Positions 17,027 to 24,393 of a stretch of DNA of 31,753 nt are shown here, piece after piece (the first letter of the stretch is position 1; each line of letters starts with the position of its first letter). This stretch comes from an uncultured Iamiaceae bacterium (GTDB taxonomy: Bacteria; Actinomycetota; Acidimicrobiia; Acidimicrobiales; SKKL01). A program made the position numbers and the translations under genes. The notes beneath the pieces are model-generated. The model was not told the DNA's origin. It was given only the letters and a program-made list of their open reading frames with translations, and did not search any database. The stretch lies in contig CAZEFG010000003.1 in assembly GCA_964511355.1 (NCBI GenBank), positions 1 to 31,753 on the forward strand, given 5' to 3'.

Positions 17027-17851
17027 ATGAACCGGCCCCGCCACCTGTCGCCCGAACCGTTCGACATCGACGGCCCCCGCCGCCGTCCGCGGGAGTTTCC
17101 CCGCCTGGCGGTGAGGGCGGGGATGGTGGTCGAGCACCGCCCGTCGGGAGCGGTCGGAGCGGTGGTCGAGGTCAGCGCCGACCGCATCACCATCCGCGAC
17201 CGCAACGGGCGCGACCACCTGCTGCGCCTGGCCGATGGGGCCTTCGCCGTCGACGGCGAGCCGTGCACCCTGGTGGTCAAACGGTCCGCCCCCGAGGCCC
17301 CGACCGCCATCACCGCATCCGGTTCGATCGCGGTACCCGGCGCCCCCGCACGTATCGCCCGGGCCAGCCGCATTCTGGTCGAAGGGATCCACGACGCTGA
17401 GCTGGTCGAGAAGGTGTGGGGCGACGATCTGCGGGTCGAGGGCATCGTCGTCGAACGTCTCGACGGGGCGGACGACCTGGTCGAGGTGGTGAGAGCTTTC
17501 GGGCCGCGTCCCGGACGCCGTCTCGGCGTGCTGCTCGACCACATGGTCGACGGGTCAAAGGAGGCGCGGATCGCGGCGGCGGTCGACCATCCCGACGTGT
17601 TGGTCACCGGTCATCCATACATCGACGTGTGGGGAGCCATCCGCCCGTCGGTCATCGGCATCGACGCCTGGCCCGAGGTGCCCCGGGGCGAGTCCTGGAA
17701 GGACGGCGTCTGCCGGCGCCTCGGGGTGGAAGAGCCGGGCCGCTTCTGGAAGCAGGTCCTCGGCCGAGTCAGCTCCTATCGAGACCTGGAGGCACCACTG
17801 GTGGGAGCGGTCGAGTCTCTGATCGACTTCGTCACCGAACCTCACGGGTGA
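17027..17851 (+). CDS. DUF3097 family protein
   Basis: ASRILVEGIHDAELVEKVWGDDLRVEGIVVE, RRLGVLLDHMVDGSKE, GHPYIDVW, WPEVPRG..WK..VC are family-typical. Start moved to ATG 17027 to avoid overlap with the ABC-F gene. Confidence 0.88.
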   Translation: MNRPRHLSPEPFDIDGPRRRPREFPRLAVRAGMVVEHRPSGAVGAVVEVSADRITIRDRNGRDHLLRLADGAFAVDGEPCTLVVKRSAPEAPTAITASGSIAVPGAPARIARASRILVEGIHDAELVEKVWGDDLRVEGIVVERLDGADDLVEVVRAFGPRPGRRLGVLLDHMVDGSKEARIAAAVDHPDVLVTGHPYIDVWGAIRPSVIGIDAWPEVPRGESWKDGVCRRLGVEEPGRFWKQVLGRVSSYRDLEAPLVGAVESLIDFVTEPHG

Positions 17852-17887
17852 TCGCGGCACCCGCCGAGCGTCCGCCGCGGAACCGCG

Positions 17888-19432
17888 TCAGCAGGTGAGC
17901 TCGCCCGCGGGGATGGTGGTGGTGATCAGGTAGTCCTCGACGAGGTCGTCGACGCATCGGTTACCGCTGCCGTAGGCGGTGTGGCCGTCGCCCTCGACGC
18001 TCAACAACGTGGCCGACTCGAGTTCGGCGGCGAGGCGTACCCCCCACGCGTACGGGGTGGCGGGGTCGCCAGTGGTGGCCACCACGAGTATCGGTGGCGC
18101 ATCAGGAGCCGAGAACGGCTCATTGGTGCCAACCGGCGGCACCGGCCAGTACTCACACGGGCCGGGAAGCGAGACGAAGACGGGTCCGACCCGGGGGGCG
18201 GCGGCCAGGACCGCTTCGACCGCCTCCTGCTCCTCGGCCTCGGTGGCCTGGGGGGAGTCCATGCAGTTGTACGCCGGGAAGGCGTAGTGCTGGCTGGAGT
18301 ACCGGCCTCCCTGGCTACGTTCGTTGTAGAGGTCGGCCAGCATCAACAGCCCCGTTCCGTCGCCGGATCTGGCGTCGGCGAGGGCACCGTCGAGTTGGGG
18401 CCACATCTGGGGTGAGTACATGGCGACGATGACCCCGGTCCAGGCCAGCCCAACGGTGAGGTCCCGGCCGTCGGGATCGTCGGTCGCCAATGGTGATGAT
18501 CGGATCGCCTCCATCAGGGCATCGAACTCGGCGCCTGTGTCTCCCTTGGCGAAGCTGCAACCCTTGTCCTCGCACCAGGTGAAGAACCGCTCGACCGAGT
18601 TCTCGAATCCGACGGCCTGTCCGGCACCCAGGTCGGTGAGGCTGATCGAGCGCGAGTACGCCCCGTCGAGCACGAAGGCCCGGATCCGCTCGGGGAAGAG
18701 CTCGATGTAGGTGGCCCCGAGGAGGGTCCCGTAGGAGAAGCCCACGTAGCTGATCTGCTCCTCACCGAGAGCTTGGCGGATGTGGTCCATGTCGCGGGCC
18801 GAAGCGGGGGTGTGCAGGTGAGGAAGCAGGTGCCCGCTGTCGGCCTCGCAGGCGGCGACGAACTCCTGGGTGACCCGTTCGGCCTCGGCCCGGTCCGCCG
18901 GGGTGGGCGGCACAGGGTCGAGCGCCACGAAACGATCCATCAGCTCGCCGTCGCCGCAGCGGACGCTGGTGCTCTGTCCGACACCCCGGGGATCCCATGT
19001 GACGATGTCGAAGCGTTCGCGTAGGTCGGCACCGAACATGAACGTGAAGGCGAAGGCGATGTCGAGGCCGGAGCCACCTGGGCCGCCGGGGTTCACAAGG
19101 ATGGCGCCGATGCGCTGGTCGGGATCGCCCGCCGGGAGCCGGGCCAAGGCAAGCTCGATGCTCTCGCCGGTGGGGTCGTCGTGGTCGAGTGGCACTTCGA
19201 TCACGGCCCGATGGATTGAGCTGGACCGGTCCCAGTCGATGGCCTCGACGTCGTCGACGGTCCCCGACCCCTGGCCCACGGGACCGTCTGAGTCCGGCGA
19301 CGACGACCCGTCGACCCACTGGTTGAGATCGAGTTCAGCGCGTGGCGAGTCGTCGCCGCAGGCCCCGGCCAAAAGCACCACCGCCAGGGCCACCGCCAGA
19401 TGACGCCAGTTCGACCTCCGGTACCAGTTCAA
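17888..19432 (-). CDS. TAP-like alpha/beta-hydrolase (S33 peptidase-type) lipoprotein
   Basis: VNPGGPGGSG, WDPRGVG, GFSYGT (nucleophile Ser), GDPATPY (Asp), GDGHTAY (His). TTG 19432 gives a canonical signal ending in LAGAC (Cys25); the track start 19519 is an alternative. Confidence 0.92.
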   Translation of the reverse strand: MNWYRRSNWRHLAVALAVVLLAGACGDDSPRAELDLNQWVDGSSSPDSDGPVGQGSGTVDDVEAIDWDRSSSIHRAVIEVPLDHDDPTGESIELALARLPAGDPDQRIGAILVNPGGPGGSGLDIAFAFTFMFGADLRERFDIVTWDPRGVGQSTSVRCGDGELMDRFVALDPVPPTPADRAEAERVTQEFVAACEADSGHLLPHLHTPASARDMDHIRQALGEEQISYVGFSYGTLLGATYIELFPERIRAFVLDGAYSRSISLTDLGAGQAVGFENSVERFFTWCEDKGCSFAKGDTGAEFDALMEAIRSSPLATDDPDGRDLTVGLAWTGVIVAMYSPQMWPQLDGALADARSGDGTGLLMLADLYNERSQGGRYSSQHYAFPAYNCMDSPQATEAEEQEAVEAVLAAAPRVGPVFVSLPGPCEYWPVPPVGTNEPFSAPDAPPILVVATTGDPATPYAWGVRLAAELESATLLSVEGDGHTAYGSGNRCVDDLVEDYLITTTIPAGELTC

Positions 19433-19464
19433 GATCGGGCGTAAGGCAGGGTGCGACAGGACAT
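19429..19464 (-). CDS. Candidate leaderless 11-aa upstream ORF (MSCRTLPYARS) coupled to the peptidase start
   Basis: TATCGT (19476-19471), 6-nt spacer, ATG 19464; its TGA (19431-19429) overlaps the peptidase TTG (19432-19430). Confidence 0.35.
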   Translation of the reverse strand: MSCRTLPYARS

Positions 19465-19591
19465 CGACCCACGATAGGCCCGGCGCAGCAGGGGTTGACC
19501 GCGCCCTCTCACTCCTCACGTCATGTCGGCTGAACCCGCCAGGCCGGTAGCCTGAACCGATGCGACCAGGCGTGGTCGTCGAGGAGGACGT

Positions 19592-20776
19592 GTGGAGTCA
19601 GCCAGTATCCGGCTGGGAAAGATCGCCGGGGTTCCGGTGGGTATCTCATGGAGCCTGCTGGTGGTGGCCGCAGTTTTCACCTTGGGTCTGGCCGAGGGGC
19701 AGTACCCCAACACGACCCCCGACCATGGCCGTCTTTCCTACTGGCTCGCCGCCGGGGTAACCGTGCTGGCGTTCTTCATGTCCATATTGATCCACGAGCT
19801 CTCTCACGCCGTCGTGGCGCGCCGCCACGGCATCGGGGTCGAGGGAATCACCCTGTGGTTCCTGGGCGGTGTCGCTCAGCTACGAGGCGAGCCCACGACA
19901 CCGTCGGCTGAGTTTCAGATCGCCGGAGTCGGCCCTTTGTCGAGCGCGATTCTGGCGCTCGGATTCTGGGTCTTGTCGTGGACGGGTGACCAGTTGGGAG
20001 CGTCACCGCTGATCCAGGACGTGTTCTTGTGGCTGGCGCTGATCAACCTGGTGCTGGCGGTGTTCAACTCGGTTCCCGCCGCGCCGCTCGACGGTGGCCG
20101 CATCCTCGCTGCGGTCTGGTGGTGGCGCACGGGCGACCGGACCAAAGCCAGGCTCGGAGCCGCCAACGCCGGTCAGCTCCTCGGCGGCGCCCTCATGGCC
20201 TATGCCGCGTGGGAACTGCTGTACCGGGACGGAACCTTCGCCCTGTGGACCGCGATCGTCGGCTGGTTCATCTGGCGATCAGCCCGGTCCGAGGGCCAAA
20301 CCGCGGTCACCCGCCACTCACTGGCTGGCATCACCGCCGTCGAGGCCGCCCGGCCCGATCCGCCGGTGGTCGACGAGTGGCTCACCGTCGAGGGCCTCGT
20401 CGCGGTCCTGGGCGACGGCGGCGACCACACTGCTTTCGTGGTGCGCGAGCACGACGGCGTCTTGCGGTCGGTCGTCACTCTCGACGACATCAAACGCGTC
20501 TCGCCCAACCGTCGGGGGGAGGTCACCCTGCACGAGATCGCGGTGCCCATCGCCCAGCTCACCACGGCTTGGACCACCGATCCCCTCATCACCGTTCTCG
20601 ACCGCATGGACACCGAAGGCCGGCCCGAGATCGTGGTGTACGACACCCGTATGTGCCTGGTCGGGGTCATCAGCCGGGCGGATCTGAGTCGACTGATCCG
20701 TCGGGCCGGAACATCGGGAAGCGCTCCACCTCCGCCCCCGCCTCCTCCCCGCCGCGACCCCAGCATCCCGTCCTGA
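19592..20776 (+). CDS. Site-2 protease (M50 zinc metalloprotease) with C-terminal CBS domains
   Basis: IHELSHA (HExxH), IAGVGPLSS, FNSVPAAPLDGGR, CBS-like C-terminal half; GAGGAGG RBS; Pro8 tail. Confidence 0.95.
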   Translation: MESASIRLGKIAGVPVGISWSLLVVAAVFTLGLAEGQYPNTTPDHGRLSYWLAAGVTVLAFFMSILIHELSHAVVARRHGIGVEGITLWFLGGVAQLRGEPTTPSAEFQIAGVGPLSSAILALGFWVLSWTGDQLGASPLIQDVFLWLALINLVLAVFNSVPAAPLDGGRILAAVWWWRTGDRTKARLGAANAGQLLGGALMAYAAWELLYRDGTFALWTAIVGWFIWRSARSEGQTAVTRHSLAGITAVEAARPDPPVVDEWLTVEGLVAVLGDGGDHTAFVVREHDGVLRSVVTLDDIKRVSPNRRGEVTLHEIAVPIAQLTTAWTTDPLITVLDRMDTEGRPEIVVYDTRMCLVGVISRADLSRLIRRAGTSGSAPPPPPPPPRRDPSIPS

Positions 20777-20831
20777 CCCGCGGGTTCGCGCCTGGCCCCG
20801 TCGCCAACGGGGTCGGGTAGCGTCGCTGACC

Positions 20832-21533
20832 ATGAGCACCACCGAGCCCCTCACCATCACCATCGACGACGGCGTCGCCTTGATGCACCTCGACGATGGC
20901 AAGGCCAATGCCTTGTCCCATCACGTCCTCGAGCTTCTCCACGGAGGGCTCGACCAGGCTCAGGCCGACGCCGATGCCGTGGTGATCATCGGTCGGCCCG
21001 GACGGTTCTCGGCCGGCTTCGACCTGGCGGTGATGTCGGCGGGCGACAAGCCCATGCAGGACCTCGTGTTGGCCGGCGCCGAGTGGTTGTTGCGGCTCTA
21101 TGCCCACCCCCAACCCACGGTTGCGGCCTGCACCGGCCATGCCCTGGCCGGCGGGGCACTGGCCCTGCTCGCCTGCGACACCCGGTTCGGGGCTGAGGGT
21201 GACTTCAAGATCGGACTCAACGAGGTCGGCATCGGCTTGCCCCTTCCCACCTTCGCGGTCGAGATGGCCCGGGACCGGCTGGCCACCGACCATCTCGTCC
21301 GCGCCACCATCCAGGGCGAGATCTACGACCCGGCGGGCGCCGTCGCCGCGGGATACCTCGACCAGCACCTGCCCGCCGACGACGTGATCGCCACAGCCAC
21401 CGTCGAGGCCCGTCGGCTCTCGGCCATGAGCCGCGGCGCGGTGGCGGCCACCAAGGCCCGCCTGCGGTCCGCCACCCTGCGTCGGGTCCGGGCCACCCTC
21501 ACCGACGACATCGGTGGCCTCCAGATGAGCTGA
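20832..21533 (+). CDS. Enoyl-CoA hydratase/isomerase (crotonase) family protein
   Basis: DDGKANAL, FSAGFDL, ACTGHALAGGA, KIGLNEVGIGL; only the second catalytic Glu is retained. Confidence 0.93.
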   Translation: MSTTEPLTITIDDGVALMHLDDGKANALSHHVLELLHGGLDQAQADADAVVIIGRPGRFSAGFDLAVMSAGDKPMQDLVLAGAEWLLRLYAHPQPTVAACTGHALAGGALALLACDTRFGAEGDFKIGLNEVGIGLPLPTFAVEMARDRLATDHLVRATIQGEIYDPAGAVAAGYLDQHLPADDVIATATVEARRLSAMSRGAVAATKARLRSATLRRVRATLTDDIGGLQMS

Positions 21534-21575
21534 CCCCCGCCGCGGAGCGCTGCTCTCCCAAGCCCCCGGCGGTCG

Positions 21576-21652
21576 GCGCCGAATCGACGCCGATTCGGCG
21601 CGGGGCGCTTAATCGCAGGATCGGAGCGGTAGGCGATCGGATCGTGCGATTA
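21576..21652. terminator. Two adjacent inverted repeats between convergent genes (bidirectional terminator or REP-like element)
   Basis: Perfect GCGCCGAATCG-ACGC-CGATTCGGCGC (21576-21601), then an imperfect hairpin of about 19 bp bounded by TAATCGCA...TGCGATTA (21610-21652). Confidence 0.55.
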
Positions 21653-21665
21653 GGAGTCGGCGGGT

Positions 21666-22325
21666 TCAGGGGGTCGCGGGGCGGTAACGCAGGGCGAGTA
21701 CTGCCCTGCGGTGAGGCGAGGTGTTGGGGCTGGAGGCGTGCACCAGGGCGGGGTGATGGATGGAGACATCGCCGGGGGCGAGCGTGACCGGTTCGGCCGC
21801 GCCTTGCGCCAGAGCCTCTTCGACCAGCTCGGGCGCGCTAGCCCAGCCGAACACATTCGGCCCGGGGTCGTCGGCGAGCTCAGCAGAGGGAACGAGCGGG
21901 TGCAGCCCGAGGTGGTGACTGCCTGGGATGACGACCAGCCCGCCACGCTCGGGGGTGACCGGGTCGATGGCGACCCACAGCGTCATCGCCCCCTCGATCC
22001 CCCACATCTCTCGCCACGGATGGCCGTCCTGATGCCACAGCACCGGCAAACCTGTCTGCGGGGGCTTGACCACGAAGCTGGCACCGAAGCACACAGGCTC
22101 GGCGTCGAGCACGACCCGGGCGAGATCCGAGAAGCGAGCATCTGATCCGTAAGCCCGAGCGGGTTCGAGCATGGGGTTCATGGCCATGACCCCGTTGGCG
22201 GGCGTGTAGGGAGCCAGCGCCTCGACCCAATCGCTGAGCTCGGTCACCGTTGCGTCATCGATCACGCCGGGCACCACCACATGGCCCTGTTCCAGGAACC
22301 TGGCGCGGATCACGGATCGCTCCAT
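21666..22325 (-). CDS. Phytanoyl-CoA dioxygenase (PhyH) family Fe(II)/2-oxoglutarate oxygenase
   Basis: FLEQGHVVVPGV, VVKPP, WHQDG (HxD), LTLWVAID, GGLVVIPGSH, LVHAS..N.S..RRAV. Start moved to ATG 22325; the track extension overlaps MDMPI on the other strand. Confidence 0.9.
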   Translation of the reverse strand: MERSVIRARFLEQGHVVVPGVIDDATVTELSDWVEALAPYTPANGVMAMNPMLEPARAYGSDARFSDLARVVLDAEPVCFGASFVVKPPQTGLPVLWHQDGHPWREMWGIEGAMTLWVAIDPVTPERGGLVVIPGSHHLGLHPLVPSAELADDPGPNVFGWASAPELVEEALAQGAAEPVTLAPGDVSIHHPALVHASSPNTSPHRRAVLALRYRPATP

Positions 22326-22394
22326 CTGGCCGAGTGTTGCACCGCCAAGCGGGTAGCGTCGGCACAACATCGAACTGGGGGAAGGGGTCCTTGG

Positions 22395-23198
22395 ATGAGC
22401 GAACCGGTGGTCGAGCTCCTCGAGACGGAGTGGGCGGTTCTGTCCGAACTCCTGGGATCGCTCGAAGACTCCGAGTGGGAACTGGCCACCGACCTCCCGG
22501 GTTGGTCCGTGCAAGATGTGGTCGCCCACATCGTCGGCACCGAGCGAATGCTGGCGGGTGACCCCACCCCCGACCTGCTTTCGCACGGCGACCACGTTCG
22601 CAACCCCATCGGGGAGGCCAACGAAGCGTGGGTCACGTCCTTCCGGTCCACACCCCCTAAGGAGATGCTGGCTGAGTTCAGACGGATCACCGGCCAACGT
22701 CTCGACGAACTCAAGTCCCTGACGCCCGAGGCCTGGGACCAGGTCGGATTCACCCCGGTTGGCCCTGGCCCCTACCGCCGGTTCATGGAGATCCGGGTGT
22801 TCGACTGCTGGGAGCACGAACAGGACATCCGCCGCGCCGCCAACCGGCCGGGTCACCTCGACGGCCCGATCGCGGCGCACTCGATTCGCCAGGTGAACGA
22901 CGCGCTCGGCTACGTCGTCGGCAAGAAGGCGGCCGTCCCCGATGGCTCCACGGTGGTGTTCGACATCACCGGCTCATTGCCCATGATCCTGCCGGTGTTC
23001 GTCGACGGTCGGGCCCGAATCCTCGACCGCGAGCCTTCCATGCGCGACGTGACGATCCATCTCGACACCGAGACCTACAACGCTCTCGGGTGTGGACGCT
23101 GGAGCGGTGAGCGTGCCATTCAGGAAGATCGGGTGAGCATCGTCGGAGATCAGGAACTCGGGCGGCGCGTCCTCGACAACATGGCTTTCACGATCTGA
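22395..23198 (+). CDS. Maleylpyruvate isomerase family mycothiol-dependent enzyme (MDMPI/DinB-like)
   Basis: W..ATDLPGWSVQDVVAHI, RVFDCWEHEQDIRRA, SCP2-like C-terminus (GDQELGRRVLD); purine-rich RBS before ATG 22395. Confidence 0.9.
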   Translation: MSEPVVELLETEWAVLSELLGSLEDSEWELATDLPGWSVQDVVAHIVGTERMLAGDPTPDLLSHGDHVRNPIGEANEAWVTSFRSTPPKEMLAEFRRITGQRLDELKSLTPEAWDQVGFTPVGPGPYRRFMEIRVFDCWEHEQDIRRAANRPGHLDGPIAAHSIRQVNDALGYVVGKKAAVPDGSTVVFDITGSLPMILPVFVDGRARILDREPSMRDVTIHLDTETYNALGCGRWSGERAIQEDRVSIVGDQELGRRVLDNMAFTI

Positions 23199-23204
23199 TC
23201 CACC

Positions 23205-24371
23205 ATGGTTGACCTTCCCGTCGACGATCCCCCGCGGCGCCCGCGTGTCCGCTACGAGCCGATGCCGTCGTGGGTCCCCCGCGCCATCGTCTTGTTCTTC
23301 GTCGGGCTGGTCTCGGTGTTCGTCCTCGGATGGTTGTTGGCTCGCCTCCAGTCGTTGTTGGTCATCCTTTTGGTTTCGCTGTTCCTGTCCTTCGCGCTCG
23401 AACCGGCCGTGAACTGGATGGAACATCGTGGGATCCGACGCGGCTTGGGCACCGCCCTCACCTTCTTGGCCGTGATCGCCGGTATCGCCGTGTTCTCGTT
23501 CTTCATGGGTCGACTGTTCATCGACCAGGTGATCGCCCTGATCGACCGGATGCCCGACTACATCGAGCAGGTCCAGAACTGGGTCAACCGCACGTTCGAT
23601 CTCGAACTCGATGCGGCCGAGCTCATCGCCGAGTTCCAGGCCGGAGGTCGGGCCGACGACATCGCCACCACCCTGGCGAGCAACATCTTCCAGATCAGCA
23701 GCACCATCGTCGGCACCCTGTTCCAGTTGCTCACCGTCTTTCTGTTCACCTTCTACCTGGTCGCCGACGCCCCCAAGCTGCGACGCAACCTGTGCTCGGT
23801 GCTACCGCCGCATCGCCAACGCGAGGTGTTGAGGGCCTGGGAGATCGCCATCACCAAGACCGGCGGCTACATCTATTCCCGGGTGCTGCTGGCCACGGTC
23901 GCCGCCCTTGTCCACTGGGTGGCTTTCGCGCTGATCGGCGTGCCCTTCGCCCTCCCCTTGGCCCTTTGGGTCGGCGTCATGTCGCAGTTCATTCCCGTGG
24001 TCGGCACCTACCTGGCCGGGGCCCTGCCCATCCTGATCGCATTGCTCGACGACCCCATCACCGCCGTGTGGGTGCTGGCGGTGGTGGTCGTCTACCAACA
24101 GATCGAGAACTACATCCTCTTGCCTAGGGTGAGTGCCCACACCATGCACCTCCACGCCGCGGTGGCCTTCGGCGCGGTCATCGCCGGGGCCGCCATGTTG
24201 GGGGTGGTGGGGGCACTGCTGGCCTTGCCCGCGGCCGCCACCATCCAGGCGTTCGTGGCCACGTATCTGTCGAGACACCAGGTGATCGAATCGGCGCTCA
24301 CCGGCACAACCACCGATCCAACAATCGCTGATCCTCCCATCGGCGAGAAACCAGCGCCGAGCCAGCCGTAG
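23205..24371 (+). CDS. AI-2E family transporter (UPF0118)
   Basis: FLSFALEPAVNWME, FTFYLVAD, GGYIYSR, FIPVVGTYL, YQQIENYILLPRV, GALLALPAAA. Confidence 0.94.
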   Translation: MVDLPVDDPPRRPRVRYEPMPSWVPRAIVLFFVGLVSVFVLGWLLARLQSLLVILLVSLFLSFALEPAVNWMEHRGIRRGLGTALTFLAVIAGIAVFSFFMGRLFIDQVIALIDRMPDYIEQVQNWVNRTFDLELDAAELIAEFQAGGRADDIATTLASNIFQISSTIVGTLFQLLTVFLFTFYLVADAPKLRRNLCSVLPPHRQREVLRAWEIAITKTGGYIYSRVLLATVAALVHWVAFALIGVPFALPLALWVGVMSQFIPVVGTYLAGALPILIALLDDPITAVWVLAVVVVYQQIENYILLPRVSAHTMHLHAAVAFGAVIAGAAMLGVVGALLALPAAATIQAFVATYLSRHQVIESALTGTTTDPTIADPPIGEKPAPSQP

Positions 24372-24393
24372 AGCACGGGCCGGAACGGGCGGT

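Noticed and set aside
20724-20750. Pro8 tract at the site-2 protease C-terminus
   Set aside because: Encoded by mixed codons, so not a slippage tract; Pro-rich tails are common in high-GC actinobacterial membrane proteins.
22326-22880. 185-aa N-terminal extension of the PhyH ORF
   Set aside because: It is the antisense of MDMPI; PhyH similarity starts at ATG 22325.
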